A stretch of 64,000 nucleotides of DNA, from NCBI GenBank assembly GCA_902603095.1, contig CACKTS010000003.1, positions 728 to 64,727 on the forward strand, given 5' to 3'. The DNA comes from an uncultured Alphaproteobacteria bacterium. GTDB taxonomy: Bacteria; Pseudomonadota; Alphaproteobacteria; HIMB59; GCA-002718135. Position 1 is the stretch's first letter. Every line of letters starts with the position of its first letter. Shown here piece after piece: positions 17,859 to 27,386 of the stretch. A program made the translations under genes and the position numbers. The notes under the pieces are model-generated. The model saw only the letters and a list, made by a program, of their open reading frames with translations. It searched no databases and was not told where the DNA came from.

Positions 17859-18304
17859 ATTTCTTTTGTAGAGGAGTATTGTAATATTTTTACAACTTCA
17901 TCTACATTTTTTGCAACAGCTGAAGCAGAGGCATCAATTTCTTTTAAAGCATGTTGATTTTCATCATTATGCAAAACAATTAAATTTTTTGAAAGTCCAA
18001 TAGCATAACCTGCATCAAATGCAGCATTCCACTGCTTATACTTTTCTCCAAATCGAACTACAATTATATCTGCTCGTTCAATAGCATTTTTGGTTCTTAT
18101 GGAGTTAATTTTTGCTGATTTATGATCATGCCAAAATTTTTTAACTTCTTCACCTAAAATCTCTACACCAACGTCATCTGAAAGTTCGTGATTTGTTACT
18201 GGAGATAAAAAATCAATAGTTAAGTTTAAATTCTTACATTTTTTAATTATTTCATCTCTCCAGTCTGTATGTATTTCCCCAGATAAATAAACGGTTAGTT
18301 CCAT
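17855..18304 (-). CDS. ytoQ: YtoQ-family protein (nucleoside 2-deoxyribosyltransferase-like fold)
   Basis: MELTVYLSGEIHTDWRDEI...FGEKYKQWNAAFDAGYA aligns closely with my recollection of Bacillus YtoQ (VYLAGEIH...FGEKYKQWN). Confidence 0.75.
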   Translation of the reverse strand: MELTVYLSGEIHTDWRDEIIKKCKNLNLTIDFLSPVTNHELSDDVGVEILGEEVKKFWHDHKSAKINSIRTKNAIERADIIVVRFGEKYKQWNAAFDAGYAIGLSKNLIVLHNDENQHALKEIDASASAVAKNVDEVVKILQYSSTKEI

Positions 18305-18375
18305 AGCTTGTTTATAAATTCAAATAATTTATTGTAAATATTTTAATGAAATAAACTTTATGATAAGATTTTATT

Positions 18376-20193
18376 GTGATTAATAGATTTTCTGTTCCAC
18401 CATTATCAGATTGTACAAAAAAATTGGCAAATGTTGCTTCTGGGAGAGAAGTTCCTGATTTAATTTTATCTAATGCACGAATTTTATCTACTTATACAGA
18501 TAGAATTTTAGAAGATAGAGAAATATGGATATCTAATGGAAGGATTGCATGTGTTAAAGAAAATAATGAAAGTTTAAGGTTATTTAATAAATCAGATTTA
18601 AAAATTTATGATGTGCAAAAAAATATTTTAGCACCAGGATTAATTGATCCTCATATGCATATAGAAAGCAGCATGATGACTGGTTGTGCTTATGCTGAAG
18701 CAGCACTTTTAAATGGAACAACTACAGTATTTTGTGATTCACATGAAATTGGTAATGTAAGTGACGTTGAAGGTATTGAATGGATGTTAGAAGATTGTAG
18801 ACAAGCACCTTTATCAATCTTTCTTACATTACCTAGCACAATACCTGCAACAAATGATATTTTAGAGACAGCAGGAGGCAGCCTTGATTCAATCAAAGCA
18901 TCAAAATTATATGATAAATGGCCAGAGATTATTGGTCTTGGTGAAAAAATGGATTTTGTTTCTGTTTGTAATGCAGAGGAATTACCTCATTCCATTATAG
19001 CAGAAACACTTAAAAGAAAATTACCTGTCAGCGGTCATGTTTTTGGAAGAGAATTTGTTGCCGCTTATGCAGCAAGTGGAGTTACTGACACTCATGAGGC
19101 AGAAGAAAAATTATTTACTAATGATCTTCTAGATGCTGGTTTATGGATTTTTTTACGCGGAGGCAATCCTAAAACACCATGGAATAGTATAAAAGAAGCT
19201 ATTAAAGTAATTACAGAATTTAAAGCTAGCACAAAAAGAGTTTGTGTTTGTACAGATGATAGAGATGCTGATGATTTATTTAATTTTGGTTTAGATTGGG
19301 TTGTACGACAAGCAAGTAAATTAGGGATAAATAAAACTACATCCTGGTCAATGGGCTCATTACATCCTGCCACTAGATATAATATTGATAGAGATTATGG
19401 AGCGCTTGGCCATAGTAGAAGAGCTGATATTGTAATGGTTGATGATAATCTTAAAGTGCATAATACTTGGTTAGGTGGTCAGTTACTAGTTGAGAATAAA
19501 AAAATTACTTCTTCATTAGATGAACAACTAACTAATCAAAGATATAAGTATCCATCTAAAGCTTACAATACTGTGCTTCTTCCTCATAATATTCAGATGA
19601 TACCAGACATTCCAAAAGAAAAAGATTTTAAAATTAATGTTATTAGAACTGAATTACCGGGTATAGTTACTTTTAAAGAACAGATACAAATTCATGAATT
19701 AATAACTGACTGGTCTTCAGTTATAACAAACCATAATCTATGTCACTTATGTATTATTGAAAGGCATAATAAATCTGGTGATTATGCCCATGGTTTTTTA
19801 AAGGATTTCAATCTAAAAAAAGGAGCTGTAGCAAGTAGCGTAGGACATGATGCTCATAATATAATTGTAGCAGGATTAAATGAAGAAGATATGAAAATTG
19901 CTTTAGATAGAATTAATGAAACTCAGGGTGGAATAGTTATTGTTCAAGATAAAAAATTAATAGCTGAGGTTAAATTACCTATTGCTGGATTATTATCTGA
20001 TAAAAAGGCTTCTGAAGTTGCTACAGAAAATGAGATATTTAAAAAATCTTGGGTAGAAGCTGGTTGCACACTTCCTTATATGGGATTTAATTTGTTACCA
20101 TTATCAGTTATACCCAATTTTAGAATTACCAATAAAGGGCTTGTTGATGTGAATTCAATGAAAATTGAACCATTATTTGAATTAAGAAACTAA
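18376..20193 (+). CDS. ade: Adenine deaminase
   Basis: 605 aa. PGLIDPHMHIESSMM metal motif, FCDSHEI and GHDAHNIIV are typical of amidohydrolase-type adenine deaminase. GTG start. Confidence 0.85.
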   Translation: MINRFSVPPLSDCTKKLANVASGREVPDLILSNARILSTYTDRILEDREIWISNGRIACVKENNESLRLFNKSDLKIYDVQKNILAPGLIDPHMHIESSMMTGCAYAEAALLNGTTTVFCDSHEIGNVSDVEGIEWMLEDCRQAPLSIFLTLPSTIPATNDILETAGGSLDSIKASKLYDKWPEIIGLGEKMDFVSVCNAEELPHSIIAETLKRKLPVSGHVFGREFVAAYAASGVTDTHEAEEKLFTNDLLDAGLWIFLRGGNPKTPWNSIKEAIKVITEFKASTKRVCVCTDDRDADDLFNFGLDWVVRQASKLGINKTTSWSMGSLHPATRYNIDRDYGALGHSRRADIVMVDDNLKVHNTWLGGQLLVENKKITSSLDEQLTNQRYKYPSKAYNTVLLPHNIQMIPDIPKEKDFKINVIRTELPGIVTFKEQIQIHELITDWSSVITNHNLCHLCIIERHNKSGDYAHGFLKDFNLKKGAVASSVGHDAHNIIVAGLNEEDMKIALDRINETQGGIVIVQDKKLIAEVKLPIAGLLSDKKASEVATENEIFKKSWVEAGCTLPYMGFNLLPLSVIPNFRITNKGLVDVNSMKIEPLFELRN

Positions 20194-20265
20194 TAAATTT
20201 TAATAACTATTTTCTCAATTTTTATTTGTAATTATTAATAATTATTTTATTCATTATTGTTAATT

Positions 20266-20964
20266 ATGAAAAAAGTTTTGTATGTTTTGCATCAAAAAAC
20301 ATCTGTACCTGGAGATGTGGGAAAAAAGTTTAAAAAAAGAGGTTTTTTAGCTGAAATTGTTAGACCACCTTTGGGTGATAATCTTCCAAATGATTTATCT
20401 AGATATTCAGCCATTGTAATATTTGGAGGTCCAATGAGTGTAAATGATGATGAGCAGTTCATTAGAGATGAAATAGAATGGATGAAAAAAGTTATTGAGT
20501 CTAAAATACCCTTTTTAGGTATTTGTCTTGGTGCACAAATACTTGCTAAATATCTTGGGTGTGATGTAATTAAAAATAAAAATAATCTTGCTGAAATAGG
20601 TTTTTATGAAATTGAACCAGTTGGGGAGGGTGATAAAATTTTTAAAAATCAAAATGTATTTTATCAATTTCACGTTGAAGGATTTGAAATACCAACTGGA
20701 TGTCAACTTCTTGCAAGAGGAGAAGCTTTTAAAAATCAAGCTTTTAAATATAAAAACTGTTATGCTTTACAATTCCACCCAGAGGTTAATTTTTTTCTAC
20801 ACCTCAAGTGGATTATATTAGTGTTAATTAAAAAACCTAAAATTTTATTTCATGCAGGTTCTCAAAACTTGTTTTATCAATTTTATTTACGTTTTAAGCA
20901 TAATAAGTCAGTTTCAGTATGGCTTGATTCTTTTTTAGATAACTATTTTCTTGCTACTAAATAG
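20266..20964 (+). CDS. Class I glutamine amidotransferase (stand-alone GATase domain, GuaA-N-like)
   Basis: GICLGAQ nucleophile Cys and the QFHPE His/Glu pair. I chose the ATG at 20266 (MKKVLYVL) over the TTG at 20257. Confidence 0.7.
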   Translation: MKKVLYVLHQKTSVPGDVGKKFKKRGFLAEIVRPPLGDNLPNDLSRYSAIVIFGGPMSVNDDEQFIRDEIEWMKKVIESKIPFLGICLGAQILAKYLGCDVIKNKNNLAEIGFYEIEPVGEGDKIFKNQNVFYQFHVEGFEIPTGCQLLARGEAFKNQAFKYKNCYALQFHPEVNFFLHLKWIILVLIKKPKILFHAGSQNLFYQFYLRFKHNKSVSVWLDSFLDNYFLATK

Positions 20965-20988
20965 TTAAATACTCTATAAATATTTGTT

Positions 20989-21750
20989 TTGTTAAAAATT
21001 GAAAATTTATTTTATAGCCCTGTAAAATCAATCTCTTTTATTGAGTCATCATCCTTAGATGTTGTTAAAGATAAAGGTATTGATAATGATAGAATTTTTG
21101 CTTTTGTTCAAAATATTAATTCATCTGAAGTTATAAATTTATTAAATGAACCAAAATCTAGAAAATTAAACAATTTTGTAACATTAAAAAACACTCCTGA
21201 ACTAAACAAATATAATTTTATTTATATAAAAGATAAATTAATATTAAAGGAGCAATCTAAAGAAATTATTTCTATTGATCCTTATTCAGAAAATGGAAAA
21301 AAATTAATTTCAAAAAAAATAAGTCAACTTATAAATAAAAGTAAAAAGATAGATTTTTTAATGGATAAAATTAATCCTTTTTTTGATACTATGCCTTGTA
21401 ATTCTATCTCCTTAATTAATAAAAATAGTATTAATGATTTTGAAAAAAAAATGTCAACAAAAATTGAATTTGAACGTTTTAGAGCTAATATATATATGAA
21501 TGGTCTTCAAGCCTGGGAAGAAAGGAAATGGATTGGTAAAATTATTGAAATAAATAATATCAAATTTGAAGTTACTGATGAAATACCAAGATGTTCTGCA
21601 ACAAATTTGCAACCTAATTCAGATATTGTAACAATTAATTTACCTAGTCAACTTAAAAAATTATATGATCATATCAATATGGGCATCTTTCTTATTCCTC
21701 AGAACAATGGTACTATTTCCGTTGATAATAAAATAATAATTTATGATTAG
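20989..21750 (+). CDS. MOSC domain protein (YcbX/mARC-like molybdenum cofactor sulfurase C-terminal domain)
   Basis: MOSC_N-like start (LFYSPVKS), FRANIYM, and the conserved Cys in IPRCSATN. TTG start. Confidence 0.7.
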   Translation: MLKIENLFYSPVKSISFIESSSLDVVKDKGIDNDRIFAFVQNINSSEVINLLNEPKSRKLNNFVTLKNTPELNKYNFIYIKDKLILKEQSKEIISIDPYSENGKKLISKKISQLINKSKKIDFLMDKINPFFDTMPCNSISLINKNSINDFEKKMSTKIEFERFRANIYMNGLQAWEERKWIGKIIEINNIKFEVTDEIPRCSATNLQPNSDIVTINLPSQLKKLYDHINMGIFLIPQNNGTISVDNKIIIYD

Positions 21751-22867
21751 ATTTTTTAATAAATATTCAGACCATATTAATGGATATTTATTTATTTTAC
21801 CTGCTTTTTTAATAATTGGTTTATTTGGAATATTCCCAGTTTTTTTTGGTATGTATATGAGTTTACATAAATGGAAAGTTTTTAAAGGTAGATTTCTTGG
21901 TTTTGAAAATTATCAAAAAATTGTTGGTGATATTGGATCATTTTGGATTTTTATTTTAGGTTTATTGATAATGATATCATCATATTGGGTGTGGTCAGAA
22001 TTTAAAAATAAATTTACCAATAAATTTTTTTGCTTTTCTATTTCCTTTATTTTATTAGTTATAAGTCTTGTTCTAATTAATTTTAGCTGGGCAGATATGA
22101 TGGAAAAAGGAGATGAAGATTTTCTTAATTCATTAATCTATATTTTTTATTATTCATTTTTTGCTATTACTACTGAGGTAGGTTTAGGATTATTAATTGC
22201 TTTTGCTCTATATCAAAAGTTAAAAGGAAAACAATTTTTTCAAATGGTTTTATTGTTCCCATATATTACTCCCGCTGTAATGGGAGGTGCAGTTTTTTTT
22301 ATAATATTCGGTAAAGCAGAAAATTCTATACTAAATGAATTCATTGGATATTTTGGATATGATCCTCAAATGTGGTTATTTGATAAAAGAAAATTGTCAG
22401 AAATATTATTTGGTATTAAAATTGAGGGTTTTTTTGGAGGTCCAAGTTTGGCTTTAACAACTTCAATATTTTATGGGGTCTGGTCATACACTGGTTATTA
22501 TGCAATAATACTTTTAGCTGGTTTATCAATAATTCCATCAGATCTTTACGAAGCAGCTAAAGCAGAAGGTGCATCTAGATGGCAAACATTTACTAAAATT
22601 ACAGTACCACTTTTAATGCCTATTATTTTCTTTTTACTATTAACAGGTTTTATTAATTCATTTCAGGCTTTTAATCATATTTTGGTTATGAAAACATCTT
22701 CTGCTGGTGAAACTATGGATGTTGTGACAATAGAAATTTTTGATCATTTTTGGGATCGAGTTAAGTTTGGATATGCTGCTGCAGAGGGTGTTGTATTATT
22801 TATTATTCTTAATGTTCTTGCAATTTCACAATACGTAATTTTTAGAAAGCGTTTAAACTATGATTAG
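21743..22867 (+). CDS. CUT1-family (sugar/polyol-type) ABC transporter permease, MalF/UgpA-like
   Basis: 374 aa with multiple TM helices. It has an EAA-loop region (DLYEAAKAEGASRWQTFTKITVPLL) and overlaps the neighbours by 8 nt on each side. Confidence 0.8.
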   Translation: MIRFFNKYSDHINGYLFILPAFLIIGLFGIFPVFFGMYMSLHKWKVFKGRFLGFENYQKIVGDIGSFWIFILGLLIMISSYWVWSEFKNKFTNKFFCFSISFILLVISLVLINFSWADMMEKGDEDFLNSLIYIFYYSFFAITTEVGLGLLIAFALYQKLKGKQFFQMVLLFPYITPAVMGGAVFFIIFGKAENSILNEFIGYFGYDPQMWLFDKRKLSEILFGIKIEGFFGGPSLALTTSIFYGVWSYTGYYAIILLAGLSIIPSDLYEAAKAEGASRWQTFTKITVPLLMPIIFFLLLTGFINSFQAFNHILVMKTSSAGETMDVVTIEIFDHFWDRVKFGYAAAEGVVLFIILNVLAISQYVIFRKRLNYD

Positions 22868-23705
22868 TTTTCAAAAAAAAGAATTAATTATTCCATATAC
22901 AATTTTATTCATAGTAATGTTTTTATCAGTTTATCCATTACTATACATGATCAGTGTTTCATTAATGACTGCTGGAGAAGCTTCAAATCAATATTTACTT
23001 CCAAAAGAATTTAAATTTGAGAATTATATAAAGGTATGGACTTCAAATAATTTTCAACAATATACTTTAAATAGCATTATAATAAGTGCTATTGTTGTTG
23101 TAGGTGTTTTGTGTACAAGTATTCCAGCTGCCTATGCCTTTGCAAAGATAAATTTTCCTTTTAGAGATATAATTTTTTATTCTTTGCTTTTATCATTAAT
23201 GATTCCTGAAATTATAGCTCTATTGCCTCATTTACTTATAATAAGAGGAAATATATTCCCATTACCATTCGGACCTTCTTGGATGAATTCTCTTCAAGGT
23301 TTAACAGTTCCTTTTTTTGGTAATGTATTTATTATATTTTTATTAAGACAGTATATTAAAAAAATTCCTAATGAACTTTGGGATGCAGCTCGAATGGATG
23401 GGGCTACTCATTTTTATTTTTTAAGAAAAGTTGTAATCCCAATGAGTATGCCTATTATTGTAACTGTTTCTTTATTTGCATTTATTCTTGCTTGGAATTC
23501 ATTTGCTTGGCCATTATTAATACTAACTAAAGAAGATTGGTTCCCAGTTACAGTATCTATTTATAGTTTTATAAGAGAAGCTGGAACTAACTACAATTTG
23601 TTGATGGCAGCATCTCTTATATCTATTGCGCCAGTATTATTACTCTATTTTTTCACTCAAAGGCTTTTTCTGGAGAGTATTTCAAATTTTGGTTTAAAAC
23701 AATAA
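22860..23705 (+). CDS. CUT1-family ABC transporter permease, MalG/UgpE-like
   Basis: 281 aa with an EAA loop (ELWDAARMDGATHFYFLRKVVIPM). Confidence 0.8.
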   Translation: MISFQKKELIIPYTILFIVMFLSVYPLLYMISVSLMTAGEASNQYLLPKEFKFENYIKVWTSNNFQQYTLNSIIISAIVVVGVLCTSIPAAYAFAKINFPFRDIIFYSLLLSLMIPEIIALLPHLLIIRGNIFPLPFGPSWMNSLQGLTVPFFGNVFIIFLLRQYIKKIPNELWDAARMDGATHFYFLRKVVIPMSMPIIVTVSLFAFILAWNSFAWPLLILTKEDWFPVTVSIYSFIREAGTNYNLLMAASLISIAPVLLLYFFTQRLFLESISNFGLKQ

Positions 23706-23789
23706 TTGTTAACAATTTTTTATAGGGTTTTTGTAATAGAATCGTAGTATTTACTTATTAAAGTGATATTCTTAACCAGGGGTGTGATT

Positions 23790-25118
23790 ATGATTTATAA
23801 ATTATTTACTAAAGTTGTTATTTTAATAACATTATTATTTTCTTCTCAAATTATGGCAGTTACTGCTTCTGATATTGAGAATGCAAATCCAAAAGGCCAA
23901 ACCGTAGAATTTTGGGTGCAGTATTCAGATGAACGTCTTGATGCTATGAAAGCTAGAGCAGAAAGATTTGAGGCTGAAACTGGAATCAAAGTTAATATTA
24001 CTTACAAAGGTCATTACGGTAAAGTTCAATCAGCTATGATGACTTCTGCTGGAACAACAGATCAGGCAGACGTTGCCAGAGGTTATGGAAACGCAGCTGC
24101 AGATATGTATCAGATTGGTGCAGCTATGGATCAAACTATTTTAGCCAACAGCAAAAAATGGGGTGTGAGTCAAGATGATATAGATGATTGGGGCGCTAAT
24201 TGGACAGTAGGTTTTTCAGGATATTTCGATGGAAATCCTAAACTACTTCATGAGGTTGGTAAATCTATAGAAGTTGTTTACTATAATAAAGATTGGCTTA
24301 ATGAATTAGGTCTATCAGAACCAAAAACTCCGTCAGAATTTGCGGAAGCTGCTTGTGCTGCAACTAATAGTAATTTTAGTGGTAAAGTAGGCGACACTGC
24401 AAGTCTTGGATATGAAATAGATACTGATGCAAGTAACTTTGCAGCTTGGGTTTTTGCACATGGTGGAGATGTTTTTGACTATGACTCAGGTCAATACATA
24501 TTAAATGGTCCTGCTGCAGTTGCTGCAATGGAATTTATCCAAGGAATGGCTAATAATGGTTGTGCTCAGGTAACAAGAGATAAATATGCAGATCAACAAT
24601 ACCTAGGTTTAGGTTCAAATTTATTTGCTCTATCATCAACTTCAGGAATTACTTATTTCCAAAGTGCAATTGAAGATGGCTATAATGGAAACTGGGAAAT
24701 TTCTGCAGTACCTCATACAACCTCAGAACCAGTAATGAATTTATATGGTGGAGGTCTTATTATGGGCAATACTGGCAACGTAGACAAAATGGTAGCTGCA
24801 TATCAATGGATGAAATATATTACAAACACTGAAAATTCAGCTGTTTGGTCAACAGAGAGTGGTTATGGTTTTGTAAGAACTTCTTCTGCAGATCATCCTC
24901 TCATTGTTGCTAAAAGAAATGATATGCCTCAATATGATAGATCTTTAGGATTAATTAAGTATGGTAAAGGTGAACCATCAGTACCAGCTTATTATTCTGT
25001 TAGAGGTGAAATTGAAAAAGCTTACGCTGCTATCATTAATGGAGATGATATTATGTCTACTCTTAATGATCTAAATGATGAAGCAAATGCAATTTTAGCT
25101 GACGCAATTGAAAACTAA
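23790..25118 (+). CDS. Family-1 extracellular solute-binding protein (sugar/polyol-type ABC SBP)
   Basis: Signal peptide MIYKLFTKVVILITLLFSSQIMA. About 440 aa, Ala/Gly/Asp-rich, with visibly higher GC than the flanks. I chose the ATG at 23790 with an upstream AGGGG over the GTG at 23763. Confidence 0.75.
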   Translation: MIYKLFTKVVILITLLFSSQIMAVTASDIENANPKGQTVEFWVQYSDERLDAMKARAERFEAETGIKVNITYKGHYGKVQSAMMTSAGTTDQADVARGYGNAAADMYQIGAAMDQTILANSKKWGVSQDDIDDWGANWTVGFSGYFDGNPKLLHEVGKSIEVVYYNKDWLNELGLSEPKTPSEFAEAACAATNSNFSGKVGDTASLGYEIDTDASNFAAWVFAHGGDVFDYDSGQYILNGPAAVAAMEFIQGMANNGCAQVTRDKYADQQYLGLGSNLFALSSTSGITYFQSAIEDGYNGNWEISAVPHTTSEPVMNLYGGGLIMGNTGNVDKMVAAYQWMKYITNTENSAVWSTESGYGFVRTSSADHPLIVAKRNDMPQYDRSLGLIKYGKGEPSVPAYYSVRGEIEKAYAAIINGDDIMSTLNDLNDEANAILADAIEN

Positions 25119-25137
25119 ATAAGTACTTTAAATAAAT

Positions 25138-25167
25138 AAAGGGTGGTTTATAACCACCCTTTTTTTG
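25138..25167 (+). terminator. Rho-independent terminator after the SBP gene
   Basis: aaaGGGTGGTTtatAACCACCCttttttt: a perfect 8-bp stem, a 3-nt loop and a T7 run. Confidence 0.85.
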
Positions 25168-25169
25168 TT

Positions 25170-25733
25170 ATGATTATAGTTTGTTCATTAAATGATTTAT
25201 CTGATGTTTGTGATAGCATTAAGCCAAAATATCTTATATCAGTAATTGATCCAGGTTATGAACCTGAAACCCCAAAATCAGTTCAAAAACATCTTAAACT
25301 TGGTTTTGATGATATCGTTAAAGTAAGTTCAGATAATCATATTTTTAGAAATAATATTAAAGAAATTCCTCAACTTCCACCTAATTATTCTCATATTAAT
25401 TCAATAGCAGAATTCACAAATAAATGGGATACTCAAGAAGATATTGTAATTCATTGTTGGTGCGGGGTATCTAGGTCCATGGCAACTGCAACCTACTTGA
25501 TGTGTAAGAAAAATTTAAATAATATTGAAAATAATATTAAATATATTCGGTTTATTGCACCTCATGCAAATCCTAATAAACTTCTAATAAAGCTTTTTGA
25601 GGAAAATTTAGGTACAAATGGTAAAATTGCAAATTCATATGAAAAATATCCTTATACAAAAACATATGATTGTTCTTCAAATTTTGCACCGATTACACTA
25701 TTTAAATATGAAGAAATGGTAAATTTTAAATGA
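25170..25733 (+). CDS. Predicted protein tyrosine/dual-specificity phosphatase-like protein
   Basis: HCWCGVSRS matches the CX5R(S/T) P-loop. I chose the ATG at 25170 because the GTG at 25143 lies inside the terminator hairpin. Confidence 0.6.
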   Translation: MIIVCSLNDLSDVCDSIKPKYLISVIDPGYEPETPKSVQKHLKLGFDDIVKVSSDNHIFRNNIKEIPQLPPNYSHINSIAEFTNKWDTQEDIVIHCWCGVSRSMATATYLMCKKNLNNIENNIKYIRFIAPHANPNKLLIKLFEENLGTNGKIANSYEKYPYTKTYDCSSNFAPITLFKYEEMVNFK

Positions 25734-26245
25734 AAGAGTATGTAAGAACAATTTTAGATTATCCAGTAAAAGGTATTCAGTTTAGAGATATTACGACACT
25801 ACTTCAAAATGCTGGTCATTTTAAACAGGTAATTGATGAAATGACTGAACCTTGGAGAAATATAGACATCGATGCAGTTTTAAGTATCGAGTCTCGTGGT
25901 TTTATAATGGCTGGAGCAATTGCTTATAATATTGGTGCTGCTTTTGTCCCCTTGAGAAAGCCGGATAAGCTTCCAGGAGAAACATTCAAAGTTTCATATA
26001 CTTTAGAATACGGTTCAACTGAAATGCACGTTCATAAAGATGCTTTAGATAATCATAAAAACTTGTTAATTATAGATGATCTGCTTGCTACAGGTGGAAC
26101 AGCTATAGCAGCCATTGATCTTGTAAATATGTTTCAAAATAAAAATATTGTAGGAGCAGGTTTTATTATTAATCTACCTGATTTAAATGGAGATAAAAAA
26201 CTCAAGGAAAGAGGAATTAAAATTCATTCCTTAATGGATTTTTAA
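25730..26245 (+). CDS. apt: Adenine phosphoribosyltransferase
   Basis: 171 aa. YPVKGIQFRDITTLL, SRGFI and the LIIDDLLATGGT PRPP motif. Confidence 0.92.
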   Translation: MKEYVRTILDYPVKGIQFRDITTLLQNAGHFKQVIDEMTEPWRNIDIDAVLSIESRGFIMAGAIAYNIGAAFVPLRKPDKLPGETFKVSYTLEYGSTEMHVHKDALDNHKNLLIIDDLLATGGTAIAAIDLVNMFQNKNIVGAGFIINLPDLNGDKKLKERGIKIHSLMDF

Positions 26246-27384
26246 TGAAAAATTCAGTTTTAGTTGGATTTAAACGCTCACCTTTTACAATAGCTAACAA
26301 AGGTTTATTAGCTTCTGTAAGACCAGAGGATATATTATCTCAAGTTATTAATGATTTAGTTGAAAAATCAAAAATCAACAAAAATGATATTGAAGATATA
26401 ATAGCCGGATGTGCATATCCAGAAGGAGCTCAGGGATACAATATTGCTAAGATAGTTTCATTTATGACAAATATGCCTGAACATGTTGGTGGAATGACAA
26501 TAAATCGTTGGTGTGGATCATCAATGCAGGCAATTCATACTGCTGCAGGGGCAATTTCAATGAATGCCGGAAAGGTTTTTGTTTGTTGCGGTATTGAGTC
26601 AATGACATCTGTTCCAATTAATGGTTTAAATTATTCTCCTCATCCTGAGCTTTTAAAAAATCAACCTGATGTATATTTATCAATGGGTCTAACAGCAGAA
26701 AATGTAGCAAAAAAATTTAATATATCCAGAATAGAACAACAAGAGTTTGCAATCGAAAGTCATATTAAGGCATTTAAAGCTCAATCTTCAGATGCTTTTG
26801 ATGAAGAGATTACAATAATTAATAATAAAGAAATTGAAGTTGTTAAAGATGGTGCAATAAGACCAAATACTAATCAGGAAATACTGGATGGACTTAAATT
26901 AGTTTTTGATCAAAATGGGACTGTAACTGCAGGCACTTCTTCCCCATTAACAGATGGTGCATCTGCAACTTTGATTTGTGAAGAAGAATATGCAGTATCT
27001 AACAACCTTCCTATTTTAGCTAAAATAAAATCTACTGCTATTAATGGATGTCCTCCTGAGTTAATGGGATTAGGACCAATTGGAGCTTCTAAAAAAGCTT
27101 TAAAAAGAGCTGAGCTAAAAATTAGTGATATTGATATAATTGAGTTGAATGAAGCTTTTGCATCACAATCTCTTGCTTGTATAAAAGAGCTTAATATAAA
27201 TCCTGATAAAGTTAATACAGAAGGAGGGGCAATTGCTCTAGGACATCCACTAGGAGCTACAGGAGTTAGAATTACTGCTAAAGCAGCTTCTTTAATGCAT
27301 AAAAATAATAAACAATATGCCTTAGCTACTCAATGTATTGGTCTTGGACAAGGTATTGCTACAGTATTAGAAAGAGTTGAGTAA
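26245..27384 (+). CDS. Acetyl-CoA C-acyltransferase / 3-ketoacyl-CoA thiolase
   Basis: NRWCGSSMQAI (active-site Cys), NEAFASQ, GGAIALGHPLGATG and CIGLGQG thiolase signatures. Confidence 0.9.
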   Translation: MKNSVLVGFKRSPFTIANKGLLASVRPEDILSQVINDLVEKSKINKNDIEDIIAGCAYPEGAQGYNIAKIVSFMTNMPEHVGGMTINRWCGSSMQAIHTAAGAISMNAGKVFVCCGIESMTSVPINGLNYSPHPELLKNQPDVYLSMGLTAENVAKKFNISRIEQQEFAIESHIKAFKAQSSDAFDEEITIINNKEIEVVKDGAIRPNTNQEILDGLKLVFDQNGTVTAGTSSPLTDGASATLICEEEYAVSNNLPILAKIKSTAINGCPPELMGLGPIGASKKALKRAELKISDIDIIELNEAFASQSLACIKELNINPDKVNTEGGAIALGHPLGATGVRITAKAASLMHKNNKQYALATQCIGLGQGIATVLERVE

Positions 27385-27386
27385 AT

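Noticed and set aside
20230-20243. Perfect 14-bp palindrome AATTATTAATAATT upstream of the GATase gene. Also a 7-bp inverted repeat, ATAAATT-N5-AATTTAT, at 18314..18332 between ytoQ and ade, considered as a possible operator.
   Set aside because: Both are made only of A and T in spacers that are almost pure A+T, so the chance expectation is high. They match no known operator consensus (PurR, CtrA TTAA-N7-TTAA, Fur).
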